Positions 10,143-21,145 of a DNA stretch of 28,715 bases are shown here, in pieces. Source of the stretch: Chiloscyllium plagiosum (Eukaryota); contig NC_057755.1 of assembly GCF_004010195.1 (NCBI RefSeq), positions 7,151,653 through 7,180,367 of the forward strand, in the 5' to 3' direction. Numbering within the stretch: position 1 is the first letter of the stretch; each line of letters opens with the position of its first letter. The translations under genes were made by a program, and so were the position numbers. Below the pieces are notes generated by a model. That model searched no databases. It saw only the letters and a list, made by a program, of their open reading frames with translations, and was not told where the DNA came from.

Positions 10143-10829
10143 TTCCTGTATTCTGTACATGAACCAATGTCCTACATGTTCTGCCTACGCCCCTTTCATC
10201 TAAAGAGCATTTTTTTTTTGCCAGAATGTTCAGTTTTGAGACTTTATCGGTTCCAGTAAAGGAATTGGACCAGGAATCTCTATTTATTCAATATTCCAAT
10301 CCAGGACCAAAGGGGCACAGGTTGAATAGATCAGAGACAAAAGGTGTTTTTGCAGAAAGGTGAATACTCTAAAACAGAAATTCTAAATTGGATAAAGACT
10401 TGTTTGAATGAATAACCTGCGATGGAGAAATGGCAGATATTTAAGAAACAGATTTAAAAAAATGTTTTCAGTGACCAGTAATGACCGTTTGTGCCGAACA
10501 TGTGAGACACAGAGAAGGCCAATCATTGCTGAAAGAATGGCCAATGGAATATAACGGAAGTGGCGGCCAAGGACACAGAACGGGACAGTGCTACTCACTT
10601 CATCAGTCCTTGGAATTGAGTGACTAGACTCACTACGCCTGCTGAGATCTCACTGAACGTGTAAAGTTGGTCTTTGTAAAGGTTTGGTGATCCTGTTCCG
10701 AGTGCATTCGAATTGTGGACCAAATACGAATCTCATGTGGGTCTTTATAATCAGCACATCTCCTCCACCAGCGATGTTCAGCATGGCTCCTTAAACAGCA
10801 CGTTTCAAACACACCATCATTTCAATTTA

Positions 10830-11075
10830 GTAGGACAAAGACAGCAGATGAATGGAAACCACTTCCCCACCCCCCTCTCACCATCCTGACTTGGAAATAA
10901 ATCACCTTGTGGAATTTCCCTCAATAACAACATTGTGAATTCAATTGCAACAAATAGACTGCAGCCGTTCAAGTAGGCAGCTCACCACCACCTTGTCAAA
11001 GGCATTTAGGGACAGGCAATAAATACTTGACCAGCCAGTCATGCCGATGTCCCATGACTGAATTGTAAAAGAAAA
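10830..11075 (+). mobile_element. Old LINE (CR1/L2 group) 3' tail
   Basis: catcctgacttggaaat...gactgcagccgttcaag...ctcacca...caataaat is shared with 24445-24690. Confidence 0.6.
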
Positions 11076-11649
11076 AAGTTTCACACACTCAAATTTCGGG
11101 CCTGAGAGGGAGCTGCAGTACTTGAAATATAGAGTGAGTGTCTTCTCTGAGAATGTCAACACTTAGGGAAAGTTGAATTGGCAGAGGGTCAGTGCTGAGG
11201 GAGCACCACATGGTGAGATGGTCAACACTTGGGGAAAGCTGTATATTGTTCATCTTGAAACAAAAGTTCCTTTCCCCTTCAATGCTTAAATCGATCCTGC
11301 TCATCCAAAGTTTCAGGCCATGCATTTCAGATCTCAGCTGTTCACTGTGTGAACAAAATTATATTTCTGTTTTCATTTTAATGGACTAAAATGATATCCT
11401 CCATGACAGCATAGAGGCTGCACTTTGGAATGATAGAGATAGGTTGCATAGGCTTAGACCGTCACATGACCAATTACAAACCCAAGTGGACTTTGCATGG
11501 GGAGCTAGCTCAGTGCACTCGACATCTGGTTGATCAGAGTGTGGTAGAATGGCGGACAAAGATCAAGCTCCAACTTGAGAGCAGATGCCTTTGGTTACAT
11601 ATTGCAGCAGGCAAGGATTGAAATCAGCTGCGAATTGTTTGAAGAATTC

Positions 11650-11990
11650 GCTCCTTCTCAGTTTCTATTTCCATCTCTTCACTTCTTTATCTTTGATCCT
11701 GTTGGAGATGTGTGTGTGTGTGTGTGTATTTCCCGCGCTCTGTGTCTTGATCTTATTATCCCTTTCATTTCGCTCTTATGCTTTACCAGTCAATTTTTGT
11801 TTCCATCTATATCTCATTCTTTATGTTTGTCTCCCTTTCACTCTCAATCTCGATCTTTCTCTTTCTATCTCACTCCTCCAAACCTTTCTATTTTTATCCC
11901 CCTCTTATTGACTCCATGTCACTTGCCCGCTCTATGACTCACTCTCTCATTGTCTCTATTTCTCTATCATGCTCCAACACCTCCCCAATC
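11650..11990. repeat. CT-rich low-complexity tract with a (TG)n microsatellite at about 11709-11727
   Basis: Direct inspection. Confidence 0.85.
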
Positions 11991-13131
11991 CACCCCGGTC
12001 TCTATACTTGAAATGATGTCATCGCATTTTGATTGCATTGCTGCTAAACCTGTTTGGCAAATTGTTCTTTTTTTGTTTTTCTGTATTCGATTACTGATCA
12101 CACAGAAATCTTGAATAAAATATGGATAATCGGAGGACGACCTAAATGAGCAGAATGTTGTTTTCTGGTATTGATGATTTAAATAGGGATATGGAGCAGA
12201 GTATTTCCTGTTTGCCCATCAGTAACATATCTAATTCCTTGTAATTTCAGTTAGTGGTGGCAGGTATTGTTACTTTGTCGAATGGCTTTTATTTAAAATG
12301 GCCCAGGTGTTTCACTCTGAAATTGAGGTGTGATAAGCAGAGTGACCCTGACCCACAGTTAACTCCCTCCAACTTTCCTTGCTGTCTATCCTCAATGATC
12401 AGAAAGATGGCGTTGATGATACTCATTTCCACATGGTTTGCAGCATTGCAGCAACAAGTCCTCCCACTGCACACTTCTATCCAACAATCCCATCTGATTG
12501 AGGCAACATTGCTTTCTACAAATTCCATATCATTCTGTTCAGCAAATTCAGACTCAATTACAACGCCAAGACTATAAAGATAAACTAAGTGGTTCTCACC
12601 AGTGAGTCTGCACAATCATAGCAATACGATTTAAGTTATCTCTGTGAATTCCCCTCTGATACAGGCCAACGTACCGTTTGACCACCTCACTGACTGTTCC
12701 GCCAGCACACTAGCTTAAAAAACTGACTCCTGCTCATATGCTTGAAAATCGAGAAATGGAAGCCCAGTTTGCCCATTCTTTACTCAAAAAGAAATCTTCC
12801 TCCACAGCGATCCTCCTCGCGATTCCCTGCTGCACTCCTTCAATAACTAGTCTATTCTTCCTCAGGCATGAAGACCAAAACTGGTCTCTCGATATAATTG
12901 TAACATGCCCCATTCCCTCCTGTCCTCAAGATGAAGTCTTGATTGCCAAAGTACCATTCGCTTTCCTAATAGCATGCTGCACTGACATGCTAGCTTCCAG
13001 TGACTCGGGAACAAGACAGTGACATCCCTTTGGCAATCAAAACTTCTCAACCCCTCTATCTGCATCAAACATTCTTTTGGTTTGTGTTTCCTTTAACGAA
13101 GAAAATCGATAACAATACTGTTGCCCCTGCG

Positions 13132-13276
13132 GTATTGTCAAGATTCCTGAACGTTTTTCATTACGTGTGCATTGCATTTTGTTTATTATTATGCCGTTAT
13201 AATATGCAAATTGAAGTTTCAGTTCCTTTCTACAACTGTGACTCCTGCTTGTTACTTTCTCCTGTGTGTTTCTGAA
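13132..13276 (+). repeat. Left arm of a ~145-bp inverted repeat
   Basis: Reverse complement of 14487-14631 with few mismatches. The track shows the shared FRNTQEKVT.RSHSCRKELKL.FAYYNGIIINKMQCT peptide on opposite strands. Confidence 0.95.
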
Positions 13277-13294
13277 TCTCTGAAGAACAGCCCA

Positions 13295-13472
13295 ACCAGA
13301 CTCACTCCCCAACCTATCCATCTAACCTGCACGCTTTTGTACTGGAGAGGAAACCTGCACAGGTGCCCAGAGATCGGATAAAATTCACATCCGCAGTCAA
13401 CCAAGGCTGGAATTGAACCAAGGCTCCAAGCATTGTGAGTTGGCACTGGTTACCACTGAGCTGCTGCACGAT
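13295..13472 (-). mobile_element. Degenerate HE1-type SINE
   Basis: Minus-strand B box GGTTCAATTCC, ctcagtggtaacc A-box region, and gtgcaggttagatggat body. Confidence 0.75.
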
Positions 13473-14486
13473 CCCACATTTGGTTATGTTACATATGCCA
13501 CTTTATTGTTCAGGCATAGAGATTGTCCAGTCCCGTTTCAGCATGTTTTCTATGTCTTTCACAAGACACATTCCAAAAGAACTTGCTCTCATCAGTAAAT
13601 TTGAAAATATAATGCTCAAGGCTTCACTGAAACTGTCCAGTTGTTTGAATAAATTGAATTGTGCTGGGAACAACAACACAATGCGATGTTGAAAAGTTAT
13701 GCTTTATTTTGCTTGTTTTATGATTACAAACTGAAAATGTCTCTTAAAAGTAATATTCATCAATGACCCTCCAGTAGTGGAATTTTCAAACAATCTCTTG
13801 TATTACCAAAACAAAGGGACAACATGAAACTCTGGACATTGTTAAGCATTGTAAGTTTGTATGTTGTAACATTTACTGAAAATTTGAGAAGAAAAAAGAG
13901 GAAAATATCGTGGAATACAGCGCGCATAAAATGTAATTGAAATTCATGTTACTTGAAATTGGTAACAAACCTGAGAATACTCTGGAATAGAGAGACCAAC
14001 TTCTTCCTCATATCGTATCCCACCGTGGCTGAAGATCTCTCTGCAGACTGTGGCATCCGATCATCAATGAGAACGGAGAAGGGGAATAGAGATTTGGTGA
14101 TGATGAAGTGGGGTAGAGATGATGCACAATGTTTGTGGGGTAAAGTCTTGATAATGTTAACATGTTGCCAGTTATAAAGGTCCAGATCATTCCTTCAACT
14201 GTTGCAGGTCAATCTCGAAAACCTATCTGGAGGTAGTAGTGCCAAACTGTATAAGATGTAAACGATGGTGAACATGCTCCAGTGCTGCCCAGTAAAGAGA
14301 TCTGTACTGTACGAGCTCAAAACTGAGCTATTCTACTGAACAGAGAAACTGTACAATATTTAGATGGTGATGCGGGTGCTGTTTGTTTATTTTTCTGAGC
14401 AGAGATCAATGGATGTAAATGGTTCAAATGAGATGCTCAGATATGTTGAGATAAGTGATCATCCATTGTGCGTTGTACTTAATGTG

Positions 14487-14631
14487 TTCAGAAACACACA
14501 GGAGAAAGTTACAAACAGGAGTCACAGTTGTAGAAAGGAACTGAAACTTCATTTTGCATATTATAACGGCATAATAATAAACAAAATGCAATGCACAGGT
14601 AATGAAAAACGTTCAGAAATATTGACAATAC
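14487..14631 (-). repeat. Right arm of the ~145-bp inverted repeat
   Basis: See 13132-13276. Confidence 0.95.
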
Positions 14632-14677
14632 GGTAGATTAAAAAATGGATGCCGGAAGATGGTATACAACAATGTAG

Positions 14678-15309
14678 TGTCACAAAACTGGTCGTTTTTT
14701 TTTCCCAACGCTCAAGGTTACTCTGTCCTTGATTTTTCTCAGAGGAGTAATAAACCAGGCCGCGCTGCGATCAGACTGGTTTGGTACAGAGATGAGAAGG
14801 ATTTTGAGAGGACTTTTGCTTACGTGTAAATAGATGTGACTTCAGGCCAAAGTGGTCATGTTTTAAAAGTGACCTGTGGAGTGAAGGGGGAATGGCCAGC
14901 TCTCCAGCTGAGCAATTGAGTTCAGTCCAGAACTGGTTGGGAGTTCGACAGTGAGCTGTGTGGAAAATCTTTCTTCTCTCCCTTCTACCTTCAACCTGAA
15001 AACATCTGATTTTTTTTTGTACTGCATTTTAAAGGGTGGTATGCTTTTAGGGACTGTTGTGGATATTCAGACAGCATACTTAAATCTAGTTTGGATAGAT
15101 TGAGTTCTGTACGGGGTTTTTATTCTGTTCTTCGTGTTTCATTGTGTAATTTTGTGAATAATTTTTTTTTATCTGTTTTAAACCTGGTAGTCAAAGTCGT
15201 TAACTTAATCCGAGTAATTTTCACTGCACACTTACCGAAACAAATTGCTAAGGTACTGTCTGGGCTGCCTTCTTCCGAATGTTTTGAGTAGCCTGGTCAA
15301 TCCAGAACA
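14678..15309. mobile_element. Probable solo LTR (632 bp)
   Basis: Ends TGT...ACA, flanked by gtag / gtcg (4-bp TSD with one mismatch), no coding potential. Resembles shark Gypsy-type LTRs as I recall them. Confidence 0.6.
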
Positions 15310-15581
15310 GTCGACTAACGAACAATTTGCTTTTAGGAAGTAATGCCAGAGAGTGAAAGTGATCGTGGAAATCATTTCTGAATATTGAATGCTATTGGCG
15401 CAACTGCTGATAATACTAATCAAATCAGGTCCCAGAGTAACAGCCGTTTTGGATGATGTTCAGGTTAATCTTTCCATTTGTTTGACGTGGTAGTCGTCAC
15501 TGAAGACATTCCCACGAGACTGCCACTGTGTTTTCAGCACAAGAACATGAACTTATTTACAAGAAAATGCAACATTGTAGA

Positions 15582-15587
15582 TTTATT
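15582..15587 (-). promoter_or_regulatory. Candidate poly(A) signal of GPCR-B
   Basis: AATAAA on the minus strand about 280 bp past the stop codon. Confidence 0.35.
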
Positions 15588-15866
15588 AGAAATCGGAAAA
15601 GTCTTAAAAACGAAACACAAAACCAAATTCTCATTAACATCCTTTACAGATATTAAATCTCAGTGAAGTATCATTCTAATTTCAATTTGTCAAATTTTTG
15701 CAGAACTGATTATTTCCAATTCTAGTCGCTGACATGTTCTTTTCCAATTTTGAGGAGATGGGCTGCTTTTCAAATGATGTAGCCAAGGAAATTCCACAAA
15801 CTCCTAACCTGGACATCCTGTTGTATGGCGGCAAATACGTCTTCAATGAAGGTCAGACCGCTATGC

Positions 15867-16771
15867 CTACTTGCATAATTTATAATTTCGAGTAAATGGA
15901 TATTTTACTCCGTTGATTAACTCCTCTCTGAATTTAGTTTGCGTTAGAGCGTATATGCAGGTATTAGTGCATGAATTCAGAAGCCGAAGCATGAATCCAA
16001 TTTCTTGAAAGACAAATACTGGATCATTTAAAGTTTTGTCTTCATAATTATAGTTTTTTCCTTGCCACGTTACAGAGCACACAACATATGCGATCCACAA
16101 CAGTATAAAGTTAGCAGACAATGCAAAGAGCAAGATGATGGATTTTCTCCGATTTGCCACCTCTGGATCAACATTATTCTGAGCATTTCCGTGGATCTGG
16201 AGACGACCACGAATGCGATTAGCTGTTATAATATTCCTGACCGTTAGAGCATTGAATATCAAAATCAATATAATTGGAAGCAAAGGTGTGATTATACTGT
16301 CAATCCATTCATACACTTTCCAAAATAATGATGTATAAAAGTCTGATATGATGATGCAAAACCATGGTACATTGTCAATAACAAATGCAGGAGTAAGGAC
16401 AAAATACCAAGAAATTGAGCGTAAGCAACTGACTGCACTGACAATTACTAAAACCACAAGTGCAGTTCTCTTATTGCAATATCTTGCTCTTAGCTTCTGA
16501 CAGCAAATTGCTACAAATCGATCAAATGTGAAAGCAACTGTGAACCAAACTGAACAATCCAGGGCTGCAAGAAACATAGCGACTCTCACGGCACATACAG
16601 GAGTGATGGACAAGAACGTAACTGGGAAATAAAGATTTATAATTCGGTGCAGTATGACATTGAGAATGACAAGAAGTAGATCTGCTGTAGTCATTGCCAA
16701 CAAATAGCGAGTGATGCATTCTGAGAGCCCACACTTGCCTCGATTCAAGATTGCAATTGCCACAAAATTAA
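15867..16771 (-). CDS. GPCR-B main coding exon, GPR139-like class A orphan GPCR (intact; exon 1 not found in the window)
   Basis: Strong acceptor tttttttatttttcttgcAG|TTAAT at 16773-16772, the same position and phase as in GPCR-A. Uninterrupted 7TM ORF with TM2 ADL, the TM3 Cys, FDRFVAIC, the ECL2 Cys, TM5 PLLP, TM6 FILLW, TM7 NSCTNTCIY and helix-8 KFR. The track's first ~15 residues are intronic. Confidence 0.93.
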
Positions 16772-18888
16772 CTGCAAGAAAAATAAAAAAAGTAAATGTC
16801 TGCACGACCAGAGTCACAGCAAAAATGACATCAGCTTAAAATGTCTGCTAAACAATACCAATTTCCTCAGCTTCATATATTATAACAATTAGACGATACA
16901 TGGTGAAAAGATTCAATGCAATTGTTGACTCCAGCAAACCAGAATGAAATAAAGACATGTTGTGAACTAGGCAAACAGAATATGAAATATCTGTAAATAA
17001 ATGAGGACCAAAAACTACAATGAATGAAATATTTTAATGCAAGTCTGTCATATTGATAGAGTCACAGACAGGTTTAATAGACTTTTCATGTTTTTCAAAC
17101 TGGCAATGGAAAAAAAAATCAACATGAAATTAAGGACATGGTATTTTACATCAATGCACACCATCAGGAACATAGTACATGAGCAGCCACGATAATACAT
17201 ATTTTATTAAAGCGAACTGAGATGGTTCAGTGTGAGGTTAAGATGTTTAGATGGGCAGTGTCATAAACTAGTTTGGAAATGAGTGGGAACCAGAACTACA
17301 TATTTGAGAGGGGAGGTAGTTGTAGATGGGGCAGTGACAGGATGTAGTGAATCTATCGGCAAAATTTCTCACATGATGAAACAAGGAGATTGGTTAATGT
17401 TTGTCTGCTTTAACGCAAGGTGTGTCAGAAATAAAAGTGATGAGCTTAGAGTATGGATCATTACTTGGGACTATGATGTTGTGGCCATAACGTAGACGTG
17501 GGTTTCACAGGGGCAGGAATGGTTCCTAGATGTTCCTGGGTTTAGAACGTTTAAAAGTAATAGGGAGGGTGGAAAAAGAGGAGGGAGTGTAGCATTTGCT
17601 GGTCAGATAATGCATCACAGCTCCAGAAATGAATGTTGTCGAGGAAGGTTTGTCTACTGAGTCAGTATGGGTGGAAGTTAGGAACAAAAAGGGAGCAGCC
17701 ACGTTATTGGGGGTTTTCTAAAGACCCCCAACTAGCAGTAGGGAGATTGAAGAACACATAGGCCTGTAGATTCTGGTTAAAAAGCAGATGTTGCAGTCTT
17801 GTTGTTATGGGTGATTTCAACTTTCCCAATATTGACTGCAACCTCCTTAGTGCAGATGGTTTGGGGGGAGTTGTGTTTGTCAGGTGTGTTCAGGAGGGTT
17901 TCCTTACTCAGTATGTAGACAGGCCGACGAGGAGAGAGGCCATTTTGGACTTGGTGCTCGGCACTGAGCCAGGACAGGTGTCAGATCTCATGATGGGAGA
18001 ACATTTTGGTGACAGTAACCACAACTGCTTCACATTTACTGCAGCCTTGGAGAAGGAAAGGAATAGTTACCAAGGGTAGATATTTAAATTAGGAAAAGGA
18101 AATTATGACGCTATCAGACAGGAGTTGGGAAGTACAGATTGGGAGCAATTGTTCCACCGAAAGGGTACAGCAGACATGTGGAGACTGTTTAAGGAACAGT
18201 TGTTGCGAATGATGAATAAATTTTGTTCCTCTGAGATGGATAAGAAGGGGCAAGATTAAGGAGCCTTGGATGATGAGAACAGAGGGGTTTCTCGTCTGAA
18301 GAAAGAGGGCAGCTTGCAAGGTGGAGAAAACAAGGATGAAGCACAGCTTCTGAGGTTTACAAGTTGGCTAGAAAGGAGCTCAGAAATGGACTGAGGAGAG
18401 ACAGGAGGGGGCACGAAAAAGGCTTGGCAGGAAGGATTAAGGAGAACCCAAAGACATTTTACTCATATGCGAGGAATAAGAGAATAATCAGGGAGAAGGT
18501 AGGGCCAGTCAGGGATAGCAGAGGGAACTTGTGCATGAAGTCTGAGCAGATCGGTGAAGCCCTCAATGAGTTTGTTGCTTTGGCTTTCACTGAGGAAAGG
18601 GGCAGTGTTATGAATGAGAACTTTGAGGAGCTGGGAAACAGGCTTGAATGGGTCAAGATCGATGAAGCTGATGTGTTGGAACATTTAGCAAACATTAAGA
18701 TTGATAAGCCCCCAGGGCCAGATGACATTTATCTGAGGATGCTCTGAGAAGCGAGAAAGGAGGTTTCTAAGCCGTTGGTGAAGATCTGTGCTGGAGGAGA
18801 AAGTGAGGTCTGCAGATGCTGGAGATCAAAGTTGAAACTTTATTGCTGGAACAGCACAGCAGGTCAGGCAGCATCCAGGGAACAGGAG

Positions 18889-18924
18889 ATTCGACGTTTC
18901 GGGCACATGCCCTTCTTCAGGAAT
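18889..18924 (-). ncRNA. Minimal type I hammerhead ribozyme (Penelope-associated)
   Basis: Minus strand AUUC-CUGAAGA-A-GGGC-AUGU-GCCC-GAAA-CG-UC^-GAAU: stem I AUUC/GAAU, perfect stem II, palindromic ACGU in place of stem III, and a GUC cleavage triplet ending at 18893. Confidence 0.82.
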
Positions 18925-19041
18925 GAGCAGAGAGTGTTCAGCAGGAGAAGATAAAAGGTAGGGAGGAGGGACTTGGAGGAGGGGCGTTGGAAATGTGATA
19001 GGTGGAAAGAGGTCAAGGTGAGGGTGATAGGTCGGAGGAGA

Positions 19042-19211
19042 CTAACTATCCGTGATCCCAGTCTGGTTCACTGTGATCCTGACCTAATTAAATGTGATCC
19101 CAGTCTGCTTCACCGTGATCCTGACCTAACTATCCGTGATCCCAGTCTGGTTCACTGTGATCCTGACCTAATTAAATGTGATCCCAGTCTGCTTCACCGT
19201 GATCCTGACCT
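19042..19211. repeat. Hierarchical minisatellite (21-bp monomers, 42-bp dimer, exact 84-bp repeat)
   Basis: GTGATCC recurs every 21 bp. Monomers: gtgatcccagtctggttcact / gtgatcctgacctaattaaat / gtgatcccagtctgcttcacc / gtgatcctgacctaactatcc. Confidence 0.95.
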
Positions 19212-19576
19212 NNNNNNNNNNNNNNNNNNNNNNNNNNNNNNNNNNNNNNNNNNNNNNNNNNNNNNNNNNNNNNNNNNNNNNNNNNNNNNNNNNNNNNNNN
19301 NNNNNNNNNNNNNNNNNNNNNNNNNNNNNNNNNNNNNNNNNNNNNNNNNNNNNNNNNNNNNNNNNNNNNNNNNNNNNNNNNNNNNNNNNNNNNNNNNNNN
19401 NNNNNNNNNNNNNNNNNNNNNNNNNNNNNNNNNNNNNNNNNNNNNNNNNNNNNNNNNNNNNNNNNNNNNNNNNNNNNNNNNNNNNNNNNNNNNNNNNNNN
19501 NNNNNNNNNNNNNNNNNNNNNNNNNNNNNNNNNNNNNNNNNNNNNNNNNNNNNNNNNNNNNNNNNNNNNNNNNNNN
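19212..19576. other. Assembly gap (365 N)
   Basis: Run of N. Confidence 1.
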
Positions 19577-21145
19577 GAGATGCGGTGGGGGGCATCGTCG
19601 ACCACGTCGGGGGGGAAATTGCGGTCCTTGAAGAGGGTGGCCATCTGTGTTGTACGTATTTTGAACTGGTCCTCCTGGGAGCAGATGCGGCGGAGACGAA
19701 GGAATTGGGAGAATGGGATGGCGTTTTTACAGGGGGCAGGATGGGAGGAGGTGTAGTCCAGGTAGCTGTGGGAGTCGGTTGGTTTGTAGTAGATGTCCGT
19801 GTTGATTCGGTCGCCTGAGATAGAAACAGAAAGGTCTAGGAATGGGAGGGAGGAGTCCGAGACTGTCCAGGTGAATTTGAGGTTGGGGTGGAAGGTGTTA
19901 GTGTAGTGGATGAACTGTTCAACCTCCTCGTGGGAGCACGAGGTAGTGCCGATACAGTCATCAATGTAGCGGAGGAAAAGATGGGGGGTGGGGCCAGTGT
20001 AGTTGTGGAAGATGGATTGTTCCACATACCCTACGAAGAGGCAGGCATAGCTGGGGCCCATGCGGGTGCCCATGGCTACTCCTTTTGTTTGGAGAAAGTG
20101 GGAGGATTGGAAAGAAAAGTTGTTCAGGGTGAGGACCAGTTCGGTCAGTCGAAGGAGGGTGTCGGTGGAAGGGTACTGGGTGGTACGGCGGGAAAGGAAG
20201 AAGCGGAGTGCTTTGAGTCCTTCGTGATGGGGGATGGAGGTGTACAGGGACTGGATGTCCATGGTGAAGATGAGGCGTTGGGGACCGGGGAAGCGGAAAT
20301 CCTGGAGGAGGTGGAGGACGTGGGTGGTGTCACGAACGTAGGTGGGGAGTTCTTGGATCTGTGCTTCCTCACAATCCAGGGGAGTCATACCAGAGGATTG
20401 GAGGGAGGCGAATGGTGTTCCACTTTTTAAGAAGGGTAATCAGGAAAACCCTGGCAATTACAGACCAGTCACTCTTACATCTGTGGTCAGCAAGGTTTTG
20501 GAAAGAATTCTGAGGGATAGGATTTATAAGTATTTGGTGAAACATAACATGATTAAAGACAGTCAGCATGGTTTTGTGAGGGGCAGGTCATGCCTCACAA
20601 ATCTTATTTGAGTTTTTTTGAGGAGGTGATGAGACAGGTAGAGTGGTGGGTGTGGCGTATATCGACTTCAGCATGGCAGTTGATAAGATTCCCCATGGTA
20701 GACTCATTCATAAAGCCAGGAGGTATGGGACATAGAGAGATTTGGCTGTCTGGATTCAGATTGGTTGGTTGACAGAAGGCAGAGGGTGGTTGTAGGTGGA
20801 AAGTATTCTGCCTGGAGTGTGGCGAGTGGTGTCTGCAGGGCTCTGTTCTTGGGCTTCTGCTCTTTGTAATATTTTATAAATAACTTGGATGAGGAGGCTG
20901 CGGGATGTGTTGGTAAACTTGCAGATGATAAAAAGGTTGGAGGTGCCGTTGATAGTACTGAGGGCTATTGCAGGCTGCAGCGTGACATAGACAGGATGCA
21001 GAGCTGGGCTGAGAAATGGCAGATGGAGTTCAACCTGGTTAAATGTGAAGTGATGCATTTTGGAAGGTCGAAGATGAATGCTGAATGTAGGACTAAAGAC
21101 AGGATTCTTGACAGTGTGGAGAAACGGAGGGACCTTGGTGTTCAA

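Larger units (their letters stand above)
18793..20355 (-). mobile_element. 5'-truncated Penelope-like retroelement with a 10-bp TSD (GATCTGTGCT at 18783-18792 and 20356-20365)
   Basis: Open RT frame 20355-19577: MDIQSLYTSIP, GVAMGTRMGPSYACLF, LRYIDD, LPFLD, YYKPT. The 3' end carries a hammerhead. The middle is interrupted by a minisatellite and an N gap. Confidence 0.93.

Noticed and set aside
11575..12011. Hydrophobic ORFs that look like membrane proteins
   Set aside because: They are translations of a CT/TG low-complexity tract.
13145..13185. Faint similarity of the inverted-repeat arm (aaaatgcaatgcacacgtaatgaaaaacgttc) to GPCR-A exon 1
   Set aside because: The match is short and AT-rich, with no LA..GVP continuation and no splice donor. 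Likely chance.
15867..16771. Assigning the gene symbol GPR139 or GPR142
   Set aside because: Family resemblance only. The motifs differ and multiple diverged paralogues are present, so orthology cannot be claimed without a phylogeny.
16772..16817. N-terminus MTLVVQTFTFFIFLA of the 316-aa ORF
   Set aside because: It has a non-ATG start and translates the polypyrimidine tract. The paralogue has an intron at the same position.
17135..17205. Possible exon 1 of GPCR-B
   Set aside because: No convincing minus-strand TM1 peptide. The plus strand resembles a CR1 endonuclease start (FYINA..IRN.V.E).
19042..19211. CRISPR array or repetitive protein (ORF 18973-19818, DPSL..CDPDL repeats)
   Set aside because: It is an exact 84-bp satellite. 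The ORF is long only because the unit is a multiple of 3 and it reads through Ns.
20356..20388. Start MTPLDCEEAQI of the 406-aa Penelope ORF
   Set aside because: It lies beyond the TSD in antisense host CR1, so the ORF start is chimeric and the element is 5'-truncated.
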